63,464 nt of DNA, filler included, from Octopus bimaculoides (GCF_001194135.2; 7 parts of 7 records of this genome joined end to end with filler, not necessarily neighbours in it), one strand, 5' to 3'; counted from the whole stretch's first letter, positions 35,900-48,329 are shown. The notes: a model not told the origin generated them from the sequence alone. A program made the numbers and translations.

Positions 35900-36772
35900 C
35901 GAGGTCTGATCAATAAGTATCCGGACTGTTGCCGTAGTAACGAAGCTAAAGCACGCAAAGTGAAGCCGCTAGGCAAAGATTGACCTTGAATTTTGCTGTA
36001 TATGTGCACTAAGTTTTAACGTTCTAGCTCACTTCTGCTGTTCACAGAAGTGCTTGGAAGGAAGGTGCGTAACGTATGATCGTCGCATTGACCATGACAT
36101 AGAAATTTGTCATGGCGTTACCTGCTCACAGGCCTTCGCAAAGTTGTAGAAAGTGTATAGAGAGGGATGTATGAGCCGCACATAAGTGTACGAGTGGTTC
36201 AGACGTTTCCAAGATGGCAGAAAAAATATCGATATTTAACGAGCGTTCTGGGAGACCCACAATCAGCAGAACTGAAAAAAGCATCGCAGATGTGCGCGCA
36301 CATGTGAGGGGAAATCGTCGAATAACTTTCCATGAGTTATTAGATGTGCAGTTTAGTTACGGTTCAGTTCAGTCCATTATCACTGAAGATTTGGGTATGA
36401 GACGCGTGTCTGCCAAGTTTGTGCCAAAACTGCTTTCAGCTGACCAAAAGGATACTCGTGCTTCAGTTGCACAAGATCTTGATTGTGTCGAGAACGATGA
36501 AAACTTTGCGTAGACCTCTGAACAGGTATCGCCAAGCTTTTAGCAAAATTTGATGCAGATTCTCTGCTCAAGTTTCTCTGTCATGGTCTATGCGACGATA
36601 ATCCGTTACACACCTTACTTCCAAGCGCTGCTGTAAAAAGTGAGCTAGAACGTTCAAATTTAGTACACATGCACAGCAGAGTTCAAGGTCAATATGTGCC
36701 AAGCAGCTTCATTGTGTGTGCTTTAGCTTCGTTATTATAGCAACAGCCCGGATACTTATTGATTAGACCACG
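35900..36772. mobile_element. Mariner-derived palindromic non-autonomous element made of two inverted 5' ends; transposase pseudogene fragment
   Basis: Termini CGAGGTCTGATCAATAAGTATCCGGA and TCCGG/CCCGGATACTTATTGATTAGACCACG followed by TA. The left arm encodes VYEWFRRFQDG../ERSGRP..GMRRVSAKFVPKLL..DENF (mariner HTH region and WVPHEL-like linker). The right arm, on the minus strand, encodes MTEKLEQRICIKFC. Confidence 0.85.
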
Positions 36773-36783
36773 TATACACACAT

Positions 36784-36831
<48 letters not shown>

Positions 36832-36859
36832 TTTATCAAAAAGNNNNNNNNNNCACACA

Positions 36860-36965
36860 CACACACACACACACACATACTTTATCAAAAAGCAGCAAAT
36901 ATATCACAAAAACTGTTACTCAGAGTTTCGCGTTCCCGTTCGTCAGACAGTTCTGTTATATATAT
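36860..36965 (-). mobile_element. Penelope-like repeat family F
   Basis: TACTTTATCAAAAAGCAGCAAATATATCAC...CTGTTATATATA, homologous to 3514-3631. Confidence 0.65.
36911..36952 (-). ncRNA. Type I hammerhead ribozyme motif (minimal)
   Basis: Minus strand AACTGT / CTGACGA / ACG-GGAA-CGC / GAAA / CTCTGAGT / A / ACAGTT. Stem I is a perfect 6-bp helix, the core is intact and the triplet is GUA. Stem II has an A-C mismatch at its base. Confidence 0.75.
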
Positions 36966-36989
36966 ATATACATATACGCACCCACACAC

Positions 36990-37142
36990 ACGACTGGCTT
37001 TTTTCAGTTCTGTTTACCAAATCCACTCACAAGGCTTTGGTCATCGCCTATAGTAGAAGACACTTGCCCAAGTTGCCACATGATGGGACTGAACCCAGAA
37101 CCATTTGGTTGGGAAACAAACTTCTTACTACACAGCCTATTT
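36990..37142 (-). mobile_element. SINE family A, 5' half
   Basis: CAAATCCACTCACAAGGCTTTGG...GACACTTGCCCAAG...TTACTACACAGCC. Confidence 0.8.
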
Positions 37143-37149
37143 TTGGCAC

Positions 37150-37350
37150 AAGCTCAGCAATTTTGAGAGGAATGGACTGGTCGATTACAGCGAACCATGT
37201 TCTCAACTGGTACTTCATTTTATAGACTACGAAAGGATGAAAGGCAAAGTCGATCTTGGCAGTATTTGAACTCTGAATGTAAAGAACTCGAAGAAATGCC
37301 ACTAAGCATATTGTCCGGCATAGTAACGATTCTGCCAACTCGCTGCCTTT
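37150..37350 (-). mobile_element. SINE family B
   Basis: CTGGTACTTC...GGATGAAAGGCAAAGTCGAT...GATTCTGCCAACTCGC. Confidence 0.75.
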
Positions 37351-38129
37351 AAGGACTTATATTATGGTTTCAAATTTTGGCACAGGGCCAGCAATTTCGA
37401 GAGAGGGATCAAGTCGATAACATCGACCTCGGTGTTCAACTGATCTAGATACTGAGATATCTTATACTGAATCGATCTAATCGACTTACCCCTCCCCCCA
37501 AAATTTCCAAAATTGGAAACCAATATTAAAGACAAAGAGAGGAAACAGCTTTCCTGTGGGCAAAGGCTGGAACCTGTTAGTGATGTAATATGAGTCAGTA
37601 GAGCGGTCCTTCTCTGGGCTAGAATGTGTACCTATCAGCAGCGCCGTCCCACATGTGGGATCTCTACTCCATTGTCGGCCTTACTTGAGCCTTTATGAAT
37701 GTCAACAATCCTGAAATAAAGTGCCATTCTTTCTGTCAATATTTTCTGTCACATGTAATTCATTACGGCTCAATACGTTACCGAGTCTGCCTCCCTTACA
37801 GAGCTGACAGAGAAATCGGTATATATTGTATTAAGGTGGTAGTAATGATAATGGTTTCAAATCATGGCACACGACTAGTAATTTTAGGTAGTGTGGGCTA
37901 CTTACATGATTATATATTTTATTATCTAAGATTACATGTTTTCGAAATAACAAAGGACTAAGTTCAAGTTTCCCATTATCTTTTTGAAAGGATTAATAAA
38001 GTTCGTTGATTAGTTATCATTAGCCGTGTTCATGCAACATCCTGCACTCTTTCTTTGTTCTTCTATCCAACACCTTTCTTCTGACGAAGGACCTGTATCC
38101 GAAACGTTAAACACATTTTTTTTTTTTTT

Positions 38130-38302
38130 GCTTCCCAATCACATGGTTCTTACTTCAGTCCCACTACGTGGCACCTTGGGCAAGTGTCTTCTACTATAGC
38201 CTCGGACCGACCAAAGCTTTGTGAGTGGNNNNNNNNNNNNNNNNNNNNNNNNNNNNNNNNNNNNNNNNNNNNNNNNNNNNNNNNNNNNNNNNNNNNNNNN
38301 NN

Positions 38303-38341
<39 letters not shown>

Positions 38342-38555
38342 GTGTGTGTGTGTGTGTGTGTCCCCAACATCGCTTGACAACCGATGCTGGTGTGTTTACG
38401 TCCCCGTAACTTAGCGGTTTGGCAAAAAGAGACCGATAAAATAAGTACTAGGCTTCCAAAGAATAAGTCCTGGGGTCAATCTGCTCGGTTAAAGGCGGTG
38501 CTCCAGCATGGCCGCAATCAAATGACTGAAACAAGTAAAAGAGTAAAACAGTAAT
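38130..38555 (+). mobile_element. SINE family A
   Basis: Head, gap in the internal microsatellite, and tail. Confidence 0.9.
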
Positions 38556-38929
38556 AAAACCTTTGGTAAAACTTGTACCTCACGCTGTATTTGTGCTTTC
38601 TTGTTTCTGCTCATTTGTCATATAAGTTTTATAAATGTTACCCCTAGCGCAACATAGTAAGCATAGTTAGAGGCTAAGGAAAAAATAACAAGCAGAACAT
38701 ACATTGTAAAATTTTGCAATATTCTGTATGTGTCTTGACCTGAATTTCAACAAATGAATCTCGAATATTAAAAGAGTTGGTTCGTTGATTGAAGTGGATT
38801 TTAAAATATAAGAAAAAACACCACAGCGCTTAAATGAACATTGCATATATTATACGAGTTATTTACATACGCATACATTAAGTATCTGAATATACATACG
38901 TTTGCACAAACACTCACGTATGTGTGTGT

Positions 38930-39157
38930 TATTTCTTTACTACCCACAAGGGGCTATACACAGAGGGGACAAACAAGGACAGACAAACGGATTAAGTCGA
39001 TTATACCGACCCCAGTGCGTAACTGGTACTTATTTAATCGACCCCGAAAGGATGAAAGGCAAAGTCGACCTCGGCGGAATTTGAACTCAGAACGTAGCGG
39101 CAGACGAAATACCGCTAAGCATTTCGCCCGGCGTGCTAACGTTTCTGCCAGCTCGCC
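38930..39157 (-). mobile_element. SINE family B, near full length and well preserved
   Basis: GGCGAGCTGGCAGAAACGTTAGC (A-box-like), GAGTTCAAATTCC (B-box), and GTCGACTTTGCCTTTCATCCTTTCGGGGTCG core. CpGs are intact. Confidence 0.9.
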
Positions 39158-40077
39158 GTATGTGTGTGTGTGTGTGTGTGTCTGTCTGGCTGTTTGTCTG
39201 CGTGCGTACATTCAAACCAACTTTATACGCGTGTGAGTAATAANNNNNNNNNNNNNNNNNNNNNNNNNNNNNNNNNNNNNNNNNNNNNNNNNNNNNNNNN
39301 NNNNNNNNNNNNNNNNNNNNNNNNNNNNNNNNNNNNNNNNNNNNNNNNNNNNNNNNNNNNNNNNNNNNNNNNNNNNNNNNNNNNNNNNNNNNNNNNNNNN
39401 NNNNNNNNNNNNNNNNNNNNNNNNNNNNNNNNNNNNNNNNNNNNNNNNNNNNNNNNNNNNNNNNNNNNNNNNNNNNNNNNNNNNNNNNNNNNNNNNNNNN
39501 NNNNNNNNNNNNNNNNNNNNNNNNNNNNNNNNNNNNNNNNNNNNNNNNNNNNNNNNNNNNNNNNNNNNNNNNNNNNNNNNNNNNNNNNNNNNNNNNNNNN
39601 NNNNNNNNNNNNNNNNNNNNNNNNNNNNNNNNNNNNNNNNNNNNNNNNNNNNNNNNNNNNNNNNNNNNNNNNNNNNNNNNNNNNNNNNNNNNNNNNNNNN
39701 NNNNNNNNNNNNNNNNNNNNNNNNNNNNNNNNNNNNNNNNNNNNNNNNNNNNNNNNNNNNNNNNNNNNNNNNNNNNNNNNNNNNNNNNNNNNNNNNNNNN
39801 NNNNNNNNNNNNNNNNNNNNNNNNNNNNNNNNNNNNNNNNNNNNNNNNNNNNNNNNNNNNATGGTGCCATCCATTTTTATTTTTTTTTATTTTATATTGT
39901 ATATTGTATATCATATTATATATTGTATATTCCATATTCTATACCCCACATTAGTTCTGCAGGAATATAAATAAAACATAAAAAACAGACAGTGTTGGAA
40001 CTCTTTTAAGCAAAATAATATATTCCTCTATACACAATCATACAAAAAAACCCACCTTTTTTGTATTTATTTTTACT

Positions 40078-40113
<36 letters not shown>

Positions 40114-40139
40114 TACATACGCACACTGATTATATTCTT

Positions 40140-40508
40140 TTATTCTTTTACTTGTTTCAGTCATTTAACTGCGGCCGTGCTGGAGCACTGCCTTGAAGGG
40201 AAGGGCTTTTAGTCGAACAGGTCAACCCCGAGACCTATTTCTTTAAGCCTAGTACACATTTTATCGGTCTCTTGGGCCGAACCGCCAAGTTACGGGGACG
40301 TAAACACACAACACTGGTTGTGAAGCGGTGATGAGTACAAACACACACACACACACATATACGACGGTCTTCTTTCAGTATCTGTCTACCAAATACACTC
40401 ACAAGGCTTTGGTCGACCCGAGGATATAGTAGAAAACACTGGCCCAAGTGTCACTCAGTGGGAGTGAACCCGAAACCATGTGGTTGGGAAGCAAGCTTCT
40501 TACCACAT
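40140..40508 (-). mobile_element. SINE family A
   Basis: Tail, internal (CA)n and head all present. Confidence 0.85.
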
Positions 40509-41119
40509 CATATATATATATTATAGACTGACTGATGATCTATATACACGCGAGCACGAAAATATACACTCACAAACACAGATAGTTATAGATGTGTGTA
40601 TGTATGTATGTATGTGTGTGTGTGTGTGAGTATGTGTGTATGTATACATACATGCTGAGACGCAGACAGGCAGGTAGACAGACAGACAGACAGACACAGA
40701 CAGACAGACAGGCAGGCAGACAATCAGACAGACGGGTTTTATCCATAGCAAAGTGTTTGTACTCATGGCTTTTGCAGGCCGGGTCGGATCAGTGAGCTAA
40801 AAGGAGTTTAACAGGTTTAATGGTAAAACATGTGCAAGGACAACAATCGAAAGGATCGACGCTCAGAGGTGGGGGGGGGGCATGGAGGCATCACGGATAG
40901 TGGAGGGCTTGGAGAAACTGACAATATACCTGAACGACAAAAGAAGTGAATAGTGAGTCATGGGTAGGTCTTGTAGGGGTATGGTCAGCCAATACGTAGA
41001 TCCAGGGTTCGTAGAGTTAGGTAGAGTCCACGTAAAATTCATGACAAGCGTCTTCCATCCTAGCTGGCAGTCATTAGAGCGTCGAAAAAAAAAATACATT
41101 CTTTATTTTTTGTTGTTTG

Positions 41120-41342
41120 TTCTTTTTCTTGTTTCAGTCATTTGACTGCGACCATGCTGGAGCACCGCCTTGAAGGGTTTTGGTCGATTTGTTCGACTAA
41201 AGCCTAGTAATTATTCTATCGGTCTCTTTTGCTGAACCGTTAAGTTATGGGGACGTAAGCATGCCAATACCGGTTCTCAAGCGATGGTGAGGGGTGGGGA
41301 CAAACACACACACACACACATACACACACACATACACACACG

Positions 41343-41376
<34 letters not shown>

Positions 41377-41845
41377 ATATATANNNNNNNNNNNNNNNNN
41401 NNNNNNNNNNNNNNNNNNNNNNNNNNNNNNNNNNNNNNNNNNNNNNNNNNNNNNNNNNNNNNNNNNNNNNNNNNNNNNNNNNNNNNNNNNNNNNNNNNNN
41501 NNNNNNNNNNNNNNNNNNNNNNNNNNNNNNNNNNNNNNNNNNNNNNNNNNNNNNNNNNNNNNNNNNNNNNNNNNNNNNNNNNNNNNNNNNNNNNNNNNNN
41601 NNNNNNNNNNNNNNNNNNNNNNNNNNNNNNNNNNNNNNNNNNNNNNNNNNNNNNNNNNNNNNNNNNCTTACCACACAGCCAATCCTACGCCTATATAGGT
41701 CAAATTTACAGAGGACAAAAGACTAAGACAGGTGTACGACGGTTTCCATCTACCAAATCCACTCACAAGGCTTTGATCAGCTCGAGGCTATAGTAGAAGA
41801 CACTTGCACAAACGTCACGCAAGCTTCTTACCACACAGTCACGCC
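41120..41845 (-). mobile_element. SINE family A pieces spanning a gap
   Basis: 3' half at 41120-41310, head fragments at 41667-41690 and 41740-41845. Confidence 0.7.
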
Positions 41846-42220
41846 TGCGCATTGCGATATCTCTTACGACTTATCGTTCTGAGTTCAATTTCTACTGAGG
41901 TCAAAAGTGCTTTTCATCTTTCCAGAGTCGATAAAATCATATACAGGGTTCGATGGTTTGAGTTAATCCTCTGCTCTCTCAAAATTGCTGGCCCTGGGCC
42001 GGATTAAGACCAATAGAGGCCCTTACCACTTAAAAGGTTTTGGTACCCTCAAATATATGTAAATGGTTCAAAATGTAAACAAACATAATTCAAAATGTAA
42101 ACGATAATAAACCACAAAATAAATCCTCATTTTTCAAAATGAAACAAAATTCACAGTAAGATGGAAAATAATGTTTATTTCTGTATGCTTCCATTTTATT
42201 TTGTATACCTTTTTTTTTGC

Positions 42221-42498
42221 GGAGGCGCAATGGCCCATTGGTTAGGGCAGCGGACTCGCGGTCGGAGGATCGTGGTTTCGATTCCCAGACCGGGTGTTGT
42301 GTGTGTTTATTGAGTGAAAACTCAGTGAGGCTCCGGCAGGTGGTGGCGACCTCTGTTGTACTCGTTCGCCCCAACTTTCTCTCACTGTTTCTTGAGTAAC
42401 GCTGCGATGGACTGGCGCCCCGTCCAGCTGGGGGGAACACATACTCCATAGAATCCGGGCCCACGAGCCTGGCTAGGCTTGAAAAGGGCGCATAAATA
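42221..42498 (+). mobile_element. SINE family C variant (same head, different 3' body)
   Basis: Head and first about 150 bp match 27167. It then switches to GTAACGCTGCGATGGACTGGCG...CTTGAAAAGGGCGCATAAATA. Confidence 0.8.
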
Positions 42499-45400
42499 NN
42501 NNNNNNNNNNNNNNNNNNNNNNNNNNNNNNNNNNNNNNNNNNTTAATTAATTAANNNNNNNNNNNNNNNNNNNNNNNNNNNNNNNNNNNNNNNNNNNNGT
42601 ATATAGACATGTACACACACACATATATAAAGACTGACATGTAGATACACATTCATGCATGTATATAGTTCACCCTTTTTCTACATCGATAAACATATAC
42701 AAATATATATAATACACTGTCAGCTACACATACATACATGAGAGGAAGTTGTTTTGAGCAGATATACACATTACAAATGCATGTAGACACACACACACAC
42801 ATGTGTGTGTGTGTGTGTGTGTGTGCCTATGATAGTGTATATGCATTTGAGTGTTTGTGTGTATGAGAGCAAGAGAGAATGTGTGTGTATGTCAATGTGT
42901 ATAAACGCCTGTGCGTGATTGAGAGAAAGAAAAACGAAGTGTATATACGTGTGTTAAATGTGTATGAGTGTGTATATGTATTAGTATGTTTGTATGTAAT
43001 GAAGTAAGGTCACTTTGTCACGCTATATGTATTAAATATATATATATATATATGGATAGATAGATAGATGAATAAAGAAAGGATGATAGATGAAACAATG
43101 CAATGAAATTTACGAAGCATATCTTCAATAAATAGATGAAGGCATACACATAAGATAAAAATTTGTCGACATATTTTTTTTTGTCTTCTTTCTATCCCTG
43201 CCTGGTTTGTGGTTGGGGAAAAAACATCAACAACAACAACAGCCAAACAAGTAAAACACGAAACATCAACAAAAACAACATAAAAAACCTCCGAAATTCC
43301 AGCCGAGTGTCGGGTTTAAGTCTTGCGCACTTGTCTGGAGTTGGTGCTGTTCTGCTTACCGCCCACTCATCCAGTTCTTCACTAAACAGCAGCCTTGCAC
43401 CCTCTCTCAGGCCAGGCGAGGGCTCGATCTGTTTCCAAGATTTCAACAACAACAACAACAACAACAAAACATAAAGCGAAAAAAAAAAATCCGAATCAGC
43501 GACGAATGTGTGTTGTTTAAGTGAAACGTTTTAAATATCGAACTTGAAAAATATTCTGGGGTTTAAAAAAAAACCAAACCAAACATAGATTAGATAATTT
43601 ATTTACTTATTGCAGCCGGTGTAAACACTTTAAAGTCCCTGCTTCTTTACAATTTGCTATTAACATATTGCTGTTGTTGTTGTTGTTAAATCTAGTTTGC
43701 ATGTCAGCCCACCAAACATGTATACTTTAACGCACACACATACACACTTAAAATGTCTGTGTATAGATAAGGTTTTCTTGTGAAATCACTGAGTTTATGG
43801 ATTAAAATTCTATGCAAACGAACATGCAATACTCAAACATTACATATACACATACATTACATAGATTCATATATTCATACATAAACCTCTTTATTGGACA
43901 AATAAAGTGGAACACCTTAAGAAAAATGTATTTCTCTCTCTCTAGCATAATTTCCTTTTCTGCAAGGTGAAATTATAACTGATTGATTGTTTATTTAATA
44001 TCTTACTTATATATACTTTATCAATTCACCAAAAACAAATCAGGATTCTAACTTGGAAGATGGTGGCACCAAATTAAATGACATTGTTAAGGCCATCTGT
44101 CTCTCATCTGTTCAATCTCACAGCTTAATATTTCAAGGGAATATTTGGACAACTGAAGTATTCAGTTAAACAAGGAAATTACTACTAAATTTACTACAGA
44201 AATTAAATGCCCAACCAAGTAAAGTTTCTTTTTTGTGTGACCTTTTACAAATGTTGAGACTCTTCGACAATAAGGACAACAGCAAGCATAACAGAACGGG
44301 TGAAAAGGTAACTTGCAAAACAACAAAAGGTACAACGTCCCCGACAGCACTTAATGGGAGAAGATTGCTAGTTTTAGTGGTTGAAAGGTGGACAGAAAGG
44401 AATGTGAGAAAAATAATTGAACTCTGCTTCTAAAAATACTACGAAAGCTTACCTCCTATGTTGGCAAAAGTTCCAATGTTTTCCGATCTATACACAACAT
44501 GGTGGATAAGATGAAGTTCAGTGTATGGTCATATGCTAGTAAAACCTGTTAAGACAGTGTGTTGAAAATATATCCTCGTACCCTATTGTAAGAAAATGAT
44601 CACAGCTATGATTCAAGAGAGGACTCTATGTAGTCATGGCATTCATTAAAACTTTCGAGAAGACAACACTCTAGGTTTTCTTTGAAGAAGAACAGATCAC
44701 GGGTGGATTTTGAGGTCCAGCTATTTTACTTATGAAATTTACAACTCCATTTCAGGTGACTCGTTCTTCATAAAATCCCTGGAAGGTAAAACAAAAGACT
44801 ATTTTGGCTTAGCAAAAACGTTTAAACGTTTTAAACAACAGCAGAAGTAAGATCAACAATAGCTTAGCTATTAAGGTCAGTCCTCTGGTTGGTGTCACCA
44901 GCAATTTCAAAAAGACAACCAAACTTAAGCAATGTCAATCCTTTCGTCCTTCCATATATAAGTGCGATATGGAAGTGCAAACGTTGTTATTTTATTGGTT
45001 TGCAGAAGGGAACATGACAAAACCAAAGATTATAATAGTGAAGAGAAAAAAGACTTCCATAGAAACTAGAAGGGAAAATGAGCCTTGAAGTAATTTCACT
45101 GAGTCACTAACGCCAACGGACTTGATTGCTCTTATGTATAAGATTAAGGGTAACAGCAGGAGCAACAAGAACAACACTAGCTCTGCCTGAACTCTTCAGA
45201 TCTCTTTATAGGATGCTGTTCTTGAACAGAAGGAAGTCAGCTAAATGAAAGTATCTTTGAACAAAGTTCTGGAAAATAAGACTTAATGGAGGGACTACAC
45301 CAGCTGTTTTTATCTGAAAGCATGGGATGTTTCAATGTTGAGATCTCTCATGTTAACGGGTATTTAATAGGCTAAGTTACCTCTATATACAGATTTCTTC

Positions 45401-45829
45401 TCAGAATTTTCTGATATATTTTCATCTATTTACAAATTAGTTAATATGAGAGAGTGGAGGTGGGCTAAAGATGACGTTTCACGATTTGATTCTCGGGTGT
45501 AGTTAATCCATTTTCCTATTGAATGGTGAAAGACAATTGCTGGTTTTATTAACATTTTTACAGGAAGAAAAAACGTTAAACGTATATAAGATCAAATTAT
45601 CGAGGAAAACTCCCCATAACTACCTCCACAAGGAAACAAAAAGACAAAAAAGGCGAGTCAAGCAGTAGATAAGATAGCCCTTTTATTATAACGTATCTGA
45701 TAATTAACTACCGTACAATCAGCGCTCCCTTATACTTCTTGTGTCGCCATTTCCGGCATTGAGTTCACTTTCTATTCCCTCCATATTAAACAAAATTATT
45801 TTGTAAATGACAATGCTATTTTGTGTTCT

Positions 45830-46300
45830 CTGTTTCTAATTCGTGCTTTTGTTTGTGCCATATTCATGTTTAGCTCTGAATTCTTGGCGATTTTGCCAGG
45901 TTAGGAACATTTTCTGTGGTTCTTCGATAGATTCTGAAATAAGAATGACGTCATCGCCTTTTATAGGTTCTTGAGGACATCGTGTCTTGAACGCCCATGT
46001 TTATATGTATCTATGAGAATCATAATGAATAGTTAAGGACTGAGGACGGAGCCTCATAGCCTCATCAGACATGAATCTTGGAGAGAAATCCTACGAACCA
46101 ATATATGGTTCCCTTCAACTCAGGGGAAATAAGTGAAGGAAGTCTTCAGGATTTCGATTCTTGAAATGTTGGAATCCATTTTTACAGCAGATTCTAAATA
46201 TCTCATCTATCGGTTCTGGTTCTAGTTGCTATTGTTTAAACCCAGGTCAGCTACGATTGAACAGACATATAATTAAAGGCGTTCTAGCTGTGACCATCCT
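45830..46300 (-). mobile_element. Decayed LINE reverse-transcriptase fragment
   Basis: Minus strand gives GSVLSP*LFIMIL (RT QG..LSP.LF motif, about 46010-46053) and GDDVILISESIEE (YADD motif, about 45920-45958). Confidence 0.6.
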
Positions 46301-46658
46301 TTTTTTTTTTTAATATCTAAACCATCAACCAATATGTCCTCCCATTTTTAAGACGGCAAGATGTGATTTGAGGGAATTCGCTCGCTATTTCAGCTGGTCA
46401 AGCGACTGCAAAAATGTTCCCTTCTTTCCATAAGGTTAAACAGAGAAGAGGGAAAAAAATTTTATTAAAGAAATCATTGCCCTTTATTACTCAGAGACAT
46501 CATCTGCAACAACAACAGTTAAGTTACTGCTAGCATATTTAACGTCATTAATATTAACTACCTAATTAACATATTTGATGTGGCGAATATTAAGTAATCT
46601 ATTTAATAGAGTACATTTATCAGTGATTTATTCATTACGGGTTGGCGATCAAAGATTC

Positions 46659-47226
46659 GGATCTTTTTTAAAACGGGGGCCACATTTTTCATTAATGTTT
46701 TACGTAGTGTTTTTGGTACCGAAAGACTTTCAAACTTCGTATACTTATCTATTTTGTGTTATAGAACAGAAGAATATTTTTGTATTCGAATTTATTTCAT
46801 GTAAAAAATTGTCTCAATCACTGACAAGTATTCAGTTGTTTACCTTTACTCCTTTGGCTCATTAAGCGATGTAAAGCGTATTTAATCTCCATACCTTCGT
46901 TTTATTTGCTTTTTTCATTTTAAATTTGCTTTAACCCTAACCTTAACCCTAACCCTAACCCTAGGGTTAGGGTTAGGGTTAGGGTTAATTGTTTCAGAAT
47001 CGTTTGTTTATGTAGTCGGCACTTAATGTATATCGGCTGAATGGACGTCAGTGATTGGTTGAAATTACAGAAATACGACAACTTTAACATGGAATAATTT
47101 ATGGATTTCTTTTTTTTTTAAGAAGACTAAGAGAAAAAGATGTTTTATATGACACATTCTACCAGTGTTCCAAGTTTCAAAGTGTTTCGTTAATGAAAAA
47201 TGTGGCCCCCGTTTTAAAAAAGATCC
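46659..47226. mobile_element. MITE with perfect 37-bp TIRs and 8-bp TSD (GG...CC termini, possibly Merlin-like)
   Basis: GGATCTTTTTTAAAACGGGGGCCACATTTTTCATTAA (46659-46695) is the exact reverse complement of 47190-47226. TSD AAAGATTC at 46651-46658 and 47227-47234. Confidence 0.9.
46931..46986. repeat. Interstitial telomeric-type (CCCTAA)n-(TTAGGG)n palindrome inside the MITE
   Basis: Centre CCCT|AGGG at 46962/46963 with 19-bp perfect arms. Confidence 0.9.
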
Positions 47227-47464
47227 AAAGATTCTACTTAGACCACAAAAGCTCGCCCCAGCGACTACCTACAGCGTTCAGGACAACTTGGGGGTCTCCG
47301 AACGAAACCTATATTCACCATATTTTCTAATATTCATTAATTACTGATTCATTTAAGACGATGTTTTTATTTGTTTCTTAACCAAACACCCGTAATCAAC
47401 GAGGATAGAGGGATTACATATTTAATATAATAGTAGTAATTGTCCAATTAATATAATGAAAGAG

Positions 47465-47640
47465 GTGAACTGGCAGCATTTCTTCGGGCTTTACGTTCCG
47501 AGTTCAAATGCCACCGGGGTTGATCTTGCCTTTCATTCTTTCGGGGTCGATAAAATAAGTACTATTTGAACACTGGGATGGATGTAATCGACTTATCCCC
47601 TCCCCCGCTATTGCTGGCATTGTGCCAAAATTTGAGATCA
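47465..47640 (+). mobile_element. SINE family B
   Basis: GAGTTCAAATGCC...TTGCCTTTCATTCTTTCGGGGTCGATAAAATAAGTAC. Confidence 0.75.
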
Positions 47641-48029
47641 ATATATTTAATATAGTGAGTGGTGGTGAATCCCCGTCGTTTGACGATGAGGATTCAGTTG
47701 TTCGATCAACTGAATTATCTACTCCTGAACTCATGTAAAAATGGCTGAGCACTCCACGGACAGGTGTTGACTTCCCGTGATTCTCGAGCACAATCAGTGC
47801 GTGACAATGCTTTACAATTACAATCCAACCAGGCAGGTGTTTCTCTACAGATTCCATCGACCCAGTTTCAATCACAAGTTATGAGTTGATCCACGGTTAC
47901 AGAAAGCGACATTTGCCTCAAGACGCCACGCAGCAGGATCAAACCTGAGACTTTGTCGCCGTGAAGCTTAACCATTCGGCCATTCGGTTTACATTATAGT
48001 AAATATTAAATACCTAATAATTATGTGAT

Positions 48030-48220
48030 GAAGGCGGCGAGCTGGCAGAATCGTTAGCGACATTTCGTCCGTCTTTATATATTTTGGGTTTAGATCCCGC
48101 TGTAGTCGACTTGCCTTTCATCCTTACGAGGTCAATAAAATCGGTACTAGTTGAGCACTAGGATCGATGTAATCGATTTGTTCCCCTGAAATTGTTGGTC
48201 TTGTACCAAAATTTGAAATC
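48030..48220 (+). mobile_element. SINE family B
   Basis: GGCGGCGAGCTGGCAGAATCGTTAGC...GTCGACTTGCCTTTCATCC. Confidence 0.8.
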
Positions 48221-48329
48221 AATAATTACGGACAGTTGTGACAGACAGACATATTGTGCAGGCACGCAATCCAGTGGTCAGGGTGTTGTACTCACGATCG
48301 CAAGATCATGGTTTCAGTTCCCGGACGCA

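Noticed and set aside
36800-36890. Direct duplication (CA)n-TACTTTATCAAAAAG around a 10-N gap
   Set aside because: This is typical of an unmerged contig overlap.
43990-45420. Possible decayed plus-strand LINE
   Set aside because: Only vague RT-like words with many stops, which cannot be supported without a search.
46931-46986. Ancient telomere-telomere fusion site
   Set aside because: The orientation is CCCTAA then TTAGGG, opposite to an end-to-end fusion, and it lies inside a TIR/TSD-bounded element.
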